From Candidatus Eiseniibacteriota bacterium (GTDB lineage Bacteria; Eisenbacteria; RBG-16-71-46; JABDJR01): a DNA stretch of 64,000 bases. This document shows, in pieces, positions 30,199 to 40,573 of the stretch (position 1 is its first letter; each line of letters opens with the position of its first letter). The DNA is taken from contig CAWANH010000029.1 of assembly GCA_963783375.1 (NCBI GenBank), positions 928,001-992,000 on the forward strand. Reading direction: 5' to 3'. The notes below the pieces were generated by a model. The model was not told the origin of the DNA. It worked only from the letters and a program-made list of their open reading frames with translations, and made no database searches. Both the position numbers and the translations under genes were made by a program.

Positions 30199-32811
30199 AT
30201 GTCGCTGAGCCCCGGGGCCCGGTTGGGCCCGTACCAAATCGTCTCCCCGCTCGGGGCCGGCGGCATGGGCGAGGTCTACCGAGCCACGGACACCCGTCTG
30301 GGGCGCGAGGTCGCGGTCAAGGTGCTCCCCCGGCACCTGAGCGAGAACGCCGAGGTTCGCGCGCGCTTCGAGCGGGAAGCGAGGACCGTTTCCTCCCTGA
30401 ACCATCCCCATATCTGCACCCTCTTCGACGTCGGACGCGAGGGGGACACGGACTACCTCGTGATGGAGCTCATCGAAGGTGAGACCCTCGCCCAGCGGCT
30501 CACCCGGGGCCCCGTGCCGATCGACCAGGTCGCCACAATCGGCGCGCAGATCGCCAACGCGCTCACGCTCGCACACCGTTCCGGCATCGTGCACCGTGAT
30601 CTCAAACCCGGCAACGTCATGCTCACGAAGTCGGGGGCAAAGCTCATGGACTTCGGCCTGGCGCGCCCCACGGGTCTTGCCGGCGGCGAGAGCGACAAGT
30701 CCATGGCGACCCTCACCCAGTCCCCCACCATGGCCGAACCGCTCACCGCGCAGGGGACGATCGTCGGCACCTTCCAATACATGTCGCCCGAGCAGCTGGA
30801 AGGCAAGGAGGCCGACGCGCGCAGCGACATCTGGGCGCTCGGGTGCATCCTGTATGAAATGGCAACCGGCAGGCATGCCTTCGACGGCAAAAGCCAGGCG
30901 TCGCTGATCGCCGCGATCCTCGAGCACGAACCGGAGCCCATCACCGACCTCCAACCGATGTCGCCGCTGGGCCTGGATCGTCTGGTGCGGGCTTGCCTGG
31001 CCAAGGACCCGGACGACCGCGTTCAGACCTCGCACGACGTCCGGTTGCAGCTGGAGTGGCTCGGGGCGGAGCCGGCCGGCGGCGAGCGGCCGGCGGCAAC
31101 CCCCGCGCGTTCAAGGAGGATCGGTGTGCCGCCGCTGCTCGCGGCGCTGGCGGCGATTGCGGTGGTGGCCGTGCTGGCGTTCGTGGCCGGCCACCGGAAT
31201 GCGGCGTCCGCGGACGACCTGGCGGGAGACTTCCACCGGAGGACCTACGGCACCCAGAGCATCTTCACCGCGCGCTTCATGCCCGACAACAAGACGGTCG
31301 TGATGAGCGCGGCCCTCCACGGCAGCCGCACGGAACTGTTCGTCATTCGTCAGGAGTATCCCGAACCCCAGCCGCTGAACCGCAAGGACGTGCACCTGCT
31401 CGCCGTCTCCTCACGTGGTGAGCTGCTGGTTCTCGACCACGCCCGCTACACGGGGAGCCACCGGTTGTTCTCCGGCACCCTGGCGCGCATGCCGCTGGAA
31501 GGCGCGGCACCACGCGAGCTCATGGACAACGTCCGCGAGGCGGACTGGGGGCCGGACGGGGAGACCATGGCGATCATTCGGGACCTGGGAGCCGCCGACC
31601 GGCTCGAGTATCCAGTGGGGACCGTACTGCGCGAATCGGCCGGCTACCTGAGCGACGTGCGCGTGTCACCGGACGGCAACCTGGTGGCCTTTCTGGAGCA
31701 TCCCTGGCGTTTCGACGACCGCGGAAGCGTGCAGATCGTGGATCGCTCCGGAAAGAGCCGGGAGCTTTCGAGCGGCTACTGGGGACTGGAAGGCATGGCC
31801 TGGGCGCCGGACGGAAAATCGCTCTACTTCAGCGGAGGAAAGGGCGGGGCCATGTACAACGTGTTCCGCGTCACGCTGGACGGCGATGCGCACATGGTCA
31901 GCGACAACGCCGGCACCATGATCATCCACGACGTTTCCAGGGACGGGACGTGGGCCGTGAGTCGCGATGATACCGCCGAACGCATGTTCTTCCGGGCCGC
32001 GGGTAGCGATCGGGACGTGGATCTCAGCTGGCTCGACGACATGGTCAGTCCCGTTCTCACGGGGGACGGGAAAGCGCTCCTCTTCACCGATCAGAGCAGC
32101 GAAGCCGGCGTGAACTACGGCGCTGCCTTCCGTCCCACTTCGGGCGGCCCGATCGTCCGCCTGGGAGAGGGAGGGGTGAGCGATGTCTCCGCGGACGGGA
32201 AGTCCGTGCTCGTGAGGATCCCCGACACTCCTCCCCGGCTCATGTCCTACCCGATGGGTGTGGGGGAAATCGCGCGATTGGACCGAGGGCAGTTCGAGAA
32301 CCTGTCGGTTGCTTCGTGGCTTCCGGATGGACACGTCCTGGTCTGCGGGAACCTTCCGAAGGGCCCGACGCGCGCCTTCGTGCTGGACCCCACCACGCAC
32401 GAGGCAACCCCGGTGGGGCCGGATGGACTCTGGTCGTGTTTCCCCTCCCCCAGCGGGAAGACGTTCATCGCGCAACAGGAGACCGGGTGGGTGACCTGCC
32501 CTCTGGAGGACGCGGGCGAGGTGACCCCGGCCCCGGGCCTGAGGTCGGACGACCATTTCATCCGGTGGAATCACGGCGGGTCCGCGGTGTTCGTTTTTCA
32601 CCTGGCCGAGATCCCGGCCCGGATCGACAGCGTCAGCCTGGCCACGGGGTCGCGCGAAACGGTCCTCACAGTGAGCGAGGGAGAGAACGCCGGTCGGACC
32701 GGAATAAGCTCTGTCTCGATGGCGGACGACCTGCGCACGGTTGCGTACGAAGCCGACCAGCTCATCTCGGTGCTGTTCACCGTCACCCGCACGCGCCCAT
32801 CGGGTCTCTGA
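30199..32811 (+). CDS. Membrane Ser/Thr kinase with TolB/PD40 beta-propeller
   Basis: Kinase motifs, TM helix LLAALAAIAVVAVLAFVAG, WGPDG/SPDG/WAPDG repeats. Confidence 0.93.
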   Translation: MSLSPGARLGPYQIVSPLGAGGMGEVYRATDTRLGREVAVKVLPRHLSENAEVRARFEREARTVSSLNHPHICTLFDVGREGDTDYLVMELIEGETLAQRLTRGPVPIDQVATIGAQIANALTLAHRSGIVHRDLKPGNVMLTKSGAKLMDFGLARPTGLAGGESDKSMATLTQSPTMAEPLTAQGTIVGTFQYMSPEQLEGKEADARSDIWALGCILYEMATGRHAFDGKSQASLIAAILEHEPEPITDLQPMSPLGLDRLVRACLAKDPDDRVQTSHDVRLQLEWLGAEPAGGERPAATPARSRRIGVPPLLAALAAIAVVAVLAFVAGHRNAASADDLAGDFHRRTYGTQSIFTARFMPDNKTVVMSAALHGSRTELFVIRQEYPEPQPLNRKDVHLLAVSSRGELLVLDHARYTGSHRLFSGTLARMPLEGAAPRELMDNVREADWGPDGETMAIIRDLGAADRLEYPVGTVLRESAGYLSDVRVSPDGNLVAFLEHPWRFDDRGSVQIVDRSGKSRELSSGYWGLEGMAWAPDGKSLYFSGGKGGAMYNVFRVTLDGDAHMVSDNAGTMIIHDVSRDGTWAVSRDDTAERMFFRAAGSDRDVDLSWLDDMVSPVLTGDGKALLFTDQSSEAGVNYGAAFRPTSGGPIVRLGEGGVSDVSADGKSVLVRIPDTPPRLMSYPMGVGEIARLDRGQFENLSVASWLPDGHVLVCGNLPKGPTRAFVLDPTTHEATPVGPDGLWSCFPSPSGKTFIAQQETGWVTCPLEDAGEVTPAPGLRSDDHFIRWNHGGSAVFVFHLAEIPARIDSVSLATGSRETVLTVSEGENAGRTGISSVSMADDLRTVAYEADQLISVLFTVTRTRPSGL

Positions 32812-33156
32812 CCGCCCTCCCGACGGGGTCCCCCTGGCTGCGTAGGCGAGCGCCATACCGGAGAGTGCAGCGGTCAGGCCTTCAACTCTTGCGGACGGGG
32901 GCGCCACGGTGTCCGGGCCGTGTCCGGTCGACGACGCGCCTTGGCGAGGCCGGGGATCCGCACTTGCGCCGGCTGCTCATAGGCATTTGTTCGGCTCGGG
33001 CGTCCATCTTGGGGAATCCCATTCCGGCTGTCGTCCAACACCCCGCCTGGCCATTCTCCGGGTGCGCCGGACCACGAACCGCGATGGAGACAAGAAGTGG
33101 GAATGTGGATCGTTCGGGCCGGGAACCCTCGGAGTAACGCGCTGTCTACCTGACAT

Positions 33157-33245
33157 TGGTGCCGGGAGGGAGACTTGAACTCCCACGGGCCTTGCGGCCC
33201 AACGGATTTTAAGTCCGTTGCGTCTACCCGTTTCGCCATCCCGGC
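33157..33245 (-). tRNA. tRNA-Leu (TAA)
   Basis: GCCGGGATGGCGAAACGGGTAGACGC AACGGA-CTTAAAA-TCCGTT, long variable arm, GTTCAAG T-loop, CCA. Confidence 0.96.
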
Positions 33246-33696
33246 GTCGGTTGGGAGACCGTAGGTTAGCGCGTTCCCGGGCAAGCCGCCACCGGCCCGT
33301 GTGCCAAGGTTTGTGACGTGTCTGTGCGCCATCCGCCGCACTCCCGCGTGGGCCAGCTGGTCGGCCAGCCGTCCATGGCGCGGGGTTGGCAGGATGGTCG
33401 ACTCTGCCCCACCCAGGCCGACACGGAACATTTTCTTGAAGTTCGAGTGAATACTGGACCACAAACCCGTCCAACCCTGCTATGGTGGTCCCTGCGCATT
33501 AGGCGCACCCTCCTGAAGATCCTCTTGATGCGATCCGGATCAAAGCTCCGAATTTTCTCATGAGTGCTCTCCACGATCCGGTGTTCCAAATACCGTCCGG
33601 GCGTAAGTCTGCCGATAGTACACGGTTGAAGTACCTGCCCGGGCATCCAAGAGGATGTGGGAAGACTTGCGCGTCCCACTCCAAGTAAGGAATCCG

Positions 33697-33969
33697 ATGA
33701 CCCAGAAGATCTATGTGGGCAACATGCCCTTCAGTATGGACGAGGAAAGTCTCCGCGCCTTGTTTTCCAGCCACGGAGAGGTCCAGACGGTATCGGTCAT
33801 TACCGACCGTGAGACCGGGCGGCCCCGCGGCTTCGCCTTCGTTGAGATGGCCACCGGTGCGCCGGAGGCGATCCGGGCCCTCAACAACCACGAGGTCGAT
33901 GGGCGCGCGCTCACGGTGAACGAGGCCAAGCCTCGCGAATCAAGCGGTTCCCGCTCCTCGCGCTGGTAG
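33697..33969 (+). CDS. RRM RNA-binding protein
   Basis: RNP2 IYVGNM, RNP1 RGFAFVEM, VNEAKPR. Confidence 0.95.
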   Translation: MTQKIYVGNMPFSMDEESLRALFSSHGEVQTVSVITDRETGRPRGFAFVEMATGAPEAIRALNNHEVDGRALTVNEAKPRESSGSRSSRW

Positions 33970-33977
33970 TCCGGTTT

Positions 33978-34005
33978 GGGAGGGGGCGACCCGTCGCCCT
34001 CTCCC
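33978..34005 (+). terminator. Hairpin between convergent genes, putative terminator
   Basis: GGGAGGGGGCGAC/GTCGCCCTCTCCC stem followed by a pyrimidine tract. Confidence 0.5.
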
Positions 34006-34093
34006 ATCCCTTCCTCCCCTCCCATCTCCTTCTTCCCCCCCCCCCCGGAACTGCCGGTTTCCATCGGCTGAGCCGGGCTCCCTGGATCGGGGA

Positions 34094-34927
34094 TCAGCGG
34101 GACTGGCCGAACCGGCGCTTCAATTCCCCGAAAGTGATCCGCTCCACCGGCGTCTGGGCATCGTAACCGTCGCTGAATTCGATGGCGAAGAAATCCCGGT
34201 AGCTGCTGGACGTCCCCGGAATCAGCTCATCGGCGATCTCGATCACGGGATCGATCGTCCCCGTGGCGGTTCCCGTGGCCACCGCCCCGACACTGACGTT
34301 GAGCATCGATGCAGAGGCCGACATGCCGACGAGGGTGACCGTGTCGACGGGAATCGCCGGAGTCTGGTCGATGGTAAAGGCATCCGTGGCCGGATCGGAG
34401 GTCCCGGAATCCCCGTTCACGTCCAGGCTGGAGGTGATCAGAATCCCCGCGCCCACCGCCTGAAACCGAAAGGACGAGGTGGCGCGCGAGCCGAAGACGT
34501 TCCGGACCGCCCCCCCCCCGGTGGCCAGTAGGTGGACCGGCACGTCGGTCACGCTGACCGGCGGAGTGGCCGTCTCGACGACCCGGAACTGGAAGTCGAT
34601 GGAAACGATGCTGGACAGGTTGAGAGAAGTGTTCCCCTCGGAGATGTTCCAGGTGACCTCCGCCGTTCCTTCCGGAGGTCCCGCGGATCCAAATCCCACG
34701 CTCCCCGCAACCGCGTAGCCGATACCGGAGAGCTCCTCTGTATGAGACTCGGGAATCGCCGAATCGGAACCCTGGAAGCCGGCGGTGCTGGGACCGACGG
34801 TCAACGAAATGTTCTCCTCCCAGAGCGTGGACGAGAGAGGAAACTGCGCCTCAACGCGACCGGCAAGAAGAACCAGACCGGCGGCCATGAGAAGAAGAGT
34901 CGGTTTCATACGATGGGCAAACTTCAT
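34094..34927 (-). CDS. Secreted Ser/Thr/Gly-rich protein with TWGxxK-like tail
   Basis: Signal peptide LLLMAAGLVLLAGRVEA|Q; ends PVERITFGELKRRFGQSR; GAGGAGG RBS. Confidence 0.75.
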   Translation of the reverse strand: MKFAHRMKPTLLLMAAGLVLLAGRVEAQFPLSSTLWEENISLTVGPSTAGFQGSDSAIPESHTEELSGIGYAVAGSVGFGSAGPPEGTAEVTWNISEGNTSLNLSSIVSIDFQFRVVETATPPVSVTDVPVHLLATGGGAVRNVFGSRATSSFRFQAVGAGILITSSLDVNGDSGTSDPATDAFTIDQTPAIPVDTVTLVGMSASASMLNVSVGAVATGTATGTIDPVIEIADELIPGTSSSYRDFFAIEFSDGYDAQTPVERITFGELKRRFGQSR

Positions 34928-35487
34928 TTCAACATGCCTCCTCGATCGTGGACTCCATTGAAGCCGTCCATGCACCCGACCACGTCGCTGTGGAACGTCA
35001 CGGCATGTCAGCAAGCGGGTTTGTTGCAGCGGTCGCAAGCGTCGCCGCGGCTTTCCGCCCTGGCGACAGAAGGGATGCGGGGCGCGTATCCAGCCGGATC
35101 CTGGGTAAGCCCGTGGCGTCACATCGCTTCGGAGGCACCCGGTCGTCGGGCGAGCCTCGACCTGGTTGCCTCCATGGTTACGGCCCGGATTGCACTACAC
35201 CCGAGTTTCATACGACGAAAGAGTAACACATCCGGACTGACACAGTCCGAAATGGGTCCGGTCCCGGGCTCACGATTTTCGTAACCGATTGGAAATAAGA
35301 TGATTACCCAGGATCCGGCGCCGGTGCTCGAGATTCCAGACCGGCGGCGGGGGCCCGTGCCGCCGTTCCGGGGTAGGTCGGGAAACCGGCGGGCGCCGGC
35401 GCTTGGGGCGGGGCGCCGAACACCGGATCACAGATACTGTGGGGTACCGGGGGGAGGGCACCCGCCGGCCCTCCTTGCCCGACCGGA

Positions 35488-38189
35488 ATGCTACTTCGCC
35501 AACCCCCGCCTCCAGTCGGTGACGAGCCGCAAGAAGCCCTTCTCGTCCTCGGAGACGTCCCCCCCCACGTAGAGGAGCCGGTCCCCGTCCGGGCCCAGCG
35601 AAACCGGAATCCCTCCCGCCACCGGCGCGGAGACCTGGGCGAAGAGCTTCGGCGCCCCGGTCTTGAAAGTGGACCCGCTCCCGTCCACGGGCACCTCCAT
35701 GACTTCCCCGGAGGCCTCGATGTAGAAGAGCTTCTTGCCGTGGGGGCCCCAGAACGGATAGACGCCTTCGTCCCGGTCGACCTGCCATTGCCGGTTTCCC
35801 CCGGTCATCGGGCGCACGATGACTTCCCACGCCCCGCTCGCGGACTGCTTGGTATAGGCGAACCACCGTCCATCGGGCGAGACCTGCGCCACCACGTCGA
35901 GCCCCTTGTCCCCGACCTTGAGTTCCATCTTCCCGGTGTCGACCGCCATCTCGTAGATGTTGTAGCCCGTGTCGGGATCCTCCCGGGTGACCATGAGGGT
36001 CGAGCCGTCGGGAGTCATCCCGTCAGAGGTGACTTCCTCCGTCCCCTCGTACAGGACCGTCGCCCCTCCGGTCCCCTCCACCGGCCGGCTCACGATACGA
36101 TAGGTGCTGTCCACCTGCGTTTCGTACAGGACCGACTTGCCGTCTGGGGTCCAGACCGCGTCCTGCTCGTCCCCGGGATCGAAGGTGAACCGCGTCCGGA
36201 GACCGGAGTCCAGGTTCACCAACCACAGGTCCGAGGTTTCGGTTTCGGGGTCGACCACCTCCACCACCGCCTGGGTGCCGTCCGGGGATACCCGCGGCCG
36301 CCGGAACTGTCCCGGCTCCCCCACCCGGCCGAGCTGGGTCCCGCTGGGTCCCGTCCAGGCCAGGAACTGTTCGGCGCTTCCGGTCGAGATCTGGTATGTG
36401 AGCATGCCCTCCCCGGTGGAGGAGTAGACGGCGCATACCGCGCCGCCCGACAGGACGAGGATGTTCTCCACCAGGGGAATACCGTCGGGTCCCAGCTTCC
36501 CGGTCCGGGGATCCATGGGGGTGGCCAGGAGGACCCCCTCCCGAACGGTGAGCAGGCTGCCGGCCGAGTACTCGGCCTGCGCTTCCGACGTGGCGATCAT
36601 CTGCGGGGGGCTTCCGTCCAGGGAGCCGATGTAGACCCGGTTGCTGTCGTTCCTGGCCGGTATCATGCGGGCGAGGAACAGGAACCGCTGTCCGCCGGGA
36701 AGGAACCGCGGCTCCCGGTGCGAGTTCTCGCCGTCATCTCTGTTGATCGTGGTGATCTCGACCGCGGTTCCCCCCGAGGCCGAAACCCGGTGGATCCCGC
36801 TCTTGTGATCGGGAGCGAAGAGGATCACGCCGTCCCGGTTCCAGGTGCCTCCCTTCATGTTGCTCGCCGGGCAGAGGACGACCGGGGGGCCGCCGGCCAC
36901 CGCGACCTTCTTGAGCTTCCCGTCCGAGGCGAACCCGACGTACCGGCTGTCCGGCGACCAGAAGGGATAAACCGCGTCGGTGGTGCCGGTGATGACGGTG
37001 GCGTCGGGGCTGTCCAGCCGCCGCAGGTGGAGGGTCACCGGCCCCGACGCGTCCCGGGCCGCATAGGCCATCATGGTCCCGTCGGGGGAGAGGGCGACCG
37101 GGCCGGGATCGGTCCCGCTGAGATCGAACGCCCCCCCGGGCGGAGGCGGGACGGTGAGGTTCAAGACCTGCGGGGGCGCGGACCGGCCGAGGACCTTCCA
37201 GCCCAGCATCACCCCTCCCACGGCCAAGGCGAGAGCGACCACCACGGTGGCCCAGAGGGGAAGGCCGCGCTTCCACCCGGGCGTGTCCTCCCCCCCTCTG
37301 AAATGCCGCTCAGGGATGACGCGGCCAGGATCGAGGAATCCATGGCCCCGCTCTCCAGGAAGATGCGGGCCTCCCCCACGTCCCGCAGCCGCCGCCGGGG
37401 ATCGCGCTCCAGGCACCGCTCCAGGAGCAGGCGCATACCGCGTGACGTGGTCTTGGGCAGCCGGTCCCATTCGATGTCGGCGCGCAACACCGCGGCCAGG
37501 GTGTCGCTCACCGTCTCGCCCTCGAACAGGCGCTTCCCCGAGAGCATCTCGAACAGGATCACCCCGAAGGACCAGATGTCGGCGCGCCGGTCCACCTTCT
37601 TCCCCCGCGCCTGCTCCGGGCTCATGTAGGCCGCGGTGCCCAGGATCACCCCACCCCCGGTCAGGGCGGCGGTGATGGTGGGCGAGTTCTCCAGGGCCTC
37701 CTCCTCGGCGGTTTCTCCCACGAAGGCCCGGGCCAGGCCGAAATCGAGGATCTTGACCTTGCCCTCGGAGCTCACCTTGATGTTGGCCGGCTTGAGATCG
37801 CGGTGGACGACGTGCCGCTCGTGGGCCTCCTCGAGTCCCGCGGCGAGCTGCCGGGCGATCTCGAGCGTCTCTTCCTCGGGGACCGGCCCCTGAAGAATGC
37901 GCTCGGAGAGGTCGGTCCCCTCGGCCAGCTCCATGGCCAGGAACCCCTGCCCGTCGGCTTCCTCCAGCCCGAAGATCGAGGCGATGTTGGGGTGCTGCAG
38001 CGACGCCAGCACCCGGGCCTCCCGCCGGAAGCGGGCCAGGCGCTCGGGATCCCGGGCGAAGTCCGGAGGCAGGAGCTTGACCGCAACCTCGCGCCCGAGC
38101 TTGGAGTCCCGGGCGCGATACACCTCCCCCATCCCTCCCTTGCCCAGGAACGCGGTGACTTCGTAGTGGCCGAGGGTCTTGCCGATCAG
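35488..38189 (-). CDS. Membrane Ser/Thr kinase with TolB/PD40 propeller (frameshift ~37295)
   Basis: IGKTLGHY, GKGGMGEVY, HRDLKPAN, DFG; after a C-run shift, TM helix and SPDG repeats; apparent CTG start after GAGGAG. Confidence 0.88.
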
Positions 38190-38555
38190 GGGTACTGCTC
38201 CTCTCGGAATCGTGGAAACAAGATCCCGGGGCGGTCGCGTCCAGGAAATGGCGTTTTGAAGGGGACCGGAACGGGCGGAGTTTACCCCGGCTTCTCCGGA
38301 AACGCGAGCCATACCGGGAGGCCGGTTCGCCCTCTCGCCCACTTGGAGTCCCCTGCCGGACTCGACTTTCCCCGTTCGACCAGGCCACCGGCTCCCCTGA
38401 CGCCGATCGAACGGGCCGCGGGAACCCACGCTTCGTGACCGGGAACCCCTGCAACTCCATCCGGGCCGGATGCGTAGTGGAGGACGGGATCCGGGGGACG
38501 GGACGGTCCCTGGACTTGACCGGCGTTGGGAACGCCGCAAGGAGGACAGATCTCG

Positions 38556-39377
38556 GTGCCGGACCATGGCAATCGATCGAGGACCAACGGCTGCGCCCTG
38601 GTCGTCGCGGCCCTGTTGGCGGTGCCGCTCGTGGTGGTGGGTGTCGTGGCCCTGAGGACGTGGATACCTCTGCAACTGGCCGGCCGGAGCCTGGATGAGC
38701 TCGACCGGACCCTCGGGACCGAGGCGCGCTACACGCCTCCGCCTCTCGGCGCGATTCCCGCCGGGAGGATGGATCGCTTTCTCGAGCTTCGGGCTTCGCT
38801 GATGCGTTCGTGCGAGGACTATGCCGTCCTACGGGAAGGATTCGAAGCCGTCGCCTCCCTGGATTCGACCGAGACGCCGGATGTAGAAGGGACCGTCCGG
38901 GCGGCGCGGAGCGTGGGAGGCGCAGCGTTGGCGATCACGCCCTACATGGCCAGGTTCTTCAGGCTACGGAACACGACGTTGCTCGCGGACTCCATGGGGC
39001 TCGAGGAATACTCTTACATCTACGCGATGGCTTATCACGATCGTCTGCTGTCGGAGGAAACGCGTGCGGAGATCTTCTCGGACGGCGACGCCCTCTCCCC
39101 GGAAGCCTCGGAGATGCTGCGAGGATGTCTGGCGAGGCAACTGGAGGTCCTTGGTCCCGAGAACGCCGCGTCGGACTGGCGCGCCTCGCTCATGCAGGAG
39201 CTGGAGCGGATGGAGAGCGATCCCTCCCGGCTCCCCTGGCAGGACGGGCTGCCTCCCCCGATCGCCGCGAGCCTGACGCCCTATCGGGAGCGGCTCGATC
39301 GCGTGTTCTGTGGGGCCACAGCCGGCCTGGAGATGGAGCGGAGTACGCGTCGCGCCCTACGGATCGCACTCTACTGA
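38556..39377 (+). CDS. Hypothetical membrane-anchored protein
   Basis: AAGGAGG RBS, GTG start, N-terminal TM helix, helical body. Confidence 0.7.
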   Translation: MPDHGNRSRTNGCALVVAALLAVPLVVVGVVALRTWIPLQLAGRSLDELDRTLGTEARYTPPPLGAIPAGRMDRFLELRASLMRSCEDYAVLREGFEAVASLDSTETPDVEGTVRAARSVGGAALAITPYMARFFRLRNTTLLADSMGLEEYSYIYAMAYHDRLLSEETRAEIFSDGDALSPEASEMLRGCLARQLEVLGPENAASDWRASLMQELERMESDPSRLPWQDGLPPPIAASLTPYRERLDRVFCGATAGLEMERSTRRALRIALY

Positions 39378-39495
39378 CCACCCGATCCGTGTGCGCACCG
39401 ACCCGGCCGGCCGCGGTGAGGCCCGGCCCGGTGGCAAACGGCGCCCGCCCGAGGACCGGGGCCGGTCCCATCGCCTCAGCGGGCAGGCCCCGGAC

Positions 39496-39524
39496 TTGAA
39501 ATGCTTAGCCCCTAAGTATAAAAT
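39496..39524 (+). promoter_or_regulatory. Sigma70 promoter with operator inverted repeat; leaderless start
   Basis: TTGAAA-N17-TAAAAT; spacer holds CTTAG-CCC-CTAAG; ATG 6 nt after the -10. Confidence 0.7.
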
Positions 39525-39530
39525 AGGCCC

Positions 39531-39986
39531 ATGAGACTCCCCAGCGACATCCGGAGGAGATTTCAGGAACACGGGAGACGAGGAGGCGCAGAACGCTCCC
39601 GGCGCCTTTCCCCCGGCGCCCGAGCGGCCATCGCCAGACGCGCCGCCCTGAAGCGCTGGACAGCGGTTCGCTTCGGCGGCACTAGCTTCGCCGCCCTGCA
39701 ACTCCCCGGGGGCGAGTTGATCGACGCGGGGGTCGACGATCTCGCCACCGGAAAGGAAACTATCGAGAGCCTCCTGGTCTCGTTGGCCGCCCCCCGGCTT
39801 CGTCGCGAGAACGTCCCCCTCCCTTCGGCGACCCTCTCCGACCCGGACCTTCGCCTCTACCGGTTGCTCGAACGGTCCGAAGGCGACCTCGCGCATTCCA
39901 GATACCTGGCCTACCTGCGACGGGTAAGCTCGTTCGCGGACGCCTGCCACGCGTACTCGGCGGGTCGGAGTCGCCTTGCGGGATGA
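39531..39986 (+). CDS. Hypothetical basic protein, putative antitoxin/regulator
   Basis: Arg-rich N-terminus (GRRGG...LSP..R..IARRAA..RW); overlaps the downstream nucleotidyltransferase. Confidence 0.65.
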   Translation: MRLPSDIRRRFQEHGRRGGAERSRRLSPGARAAIARRAALKRWTAVRFGGTSFAALQLPGGELIDAGVDDLATGKETIESLLVSLAAPRLRRENVPLPSATLSDPDLRLYRLLERSEGDLAHSRYLAYLRRVSSFADACHAYSAGRSRLAG

Positions 39987-40512
39987 ACTCACCCGCGAGC
40001 GGTTGGACGCGCTCATGCGGGAGATCGCCCGCACCGCTCCCCGCCGGGGCAGCTATCGGGTGTATCTGGTCGGCGGGGGAACCGCGGTTTACGCGGGGTG
40101 GCGTGCGTCCTCCATCGACGCCGATCTGTTCTCCGAACAGGAGGCGGTCTTTCACGACATCCAGGGCATCAAGGAGCGCCTCAACGTGAACGTCGAATTC
40201 GCCAGACCCGAACACTTCGTCCCCGCGCTCCGGGGAAGCGCCGGGCGCCACCTCTTCATCGAGACCATCGGACGCGTTTCCTTCTTCCACTACGACCCCT
40301 ACTCCCAGATCCTCTCGAAGATCGTCCGGGGCTTCCAGCGGGACGTCGACGATGCCCGCCACTTCGTGGAGAGCGGCATGGTGGAAGGCCCGAAACTCCG
40401 GGATCTGGTCGAGGGCATCCCGACCCCAGCCTACTCGAAGTATCCGAGCCTCTCCCGGCCGGCCGTCGTCGGGGCCGTCGACGCATTCCTGTCCGAGCTG
40501 CCGCGGGGGTAG
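39976..40512 (+). CDS. Nucleotidyltransferase (AbiEii/DUF6036-like)
   Basis: YLVGGGTA...R.SSIDAD motif, SKI.RG..RD..D. Confidence 0.75.
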   Translation: MRDELTRERLDALMREIARTAPRRGSYRVYLVGGGTAVYAGWRASSIDADLFSEQEAVFHDIQGIKERLNVNVEFARPEHFVPALRGSAGRHLFIETIGRVSFFHYDPYSQILSKIVRGFQRDVDDARHFVESGMVEGPKLRDLVEGIPTPAYSKYPSLSRPAVVGAVDAFLSELPRG

Positions 40513-40573
40513 AATCCGGTCCTGAAATCCCACGCCCCGGCCCGAACCGGTCGACCACCTTGGAGTCCCGCCC

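Noticed and set aside
33292-33307. Sigma54 promoter upstream of tRNA-Leu (TTGGCAC on minus strand)
   Set aside because: No GC at the -12 position.
25499-38189. Nucleotide similarity among kinase 5' ends as mobile repeats
   Set aside because: Explained by conserved kinase motifs ([14 protein letters not shown]) in paralogs.
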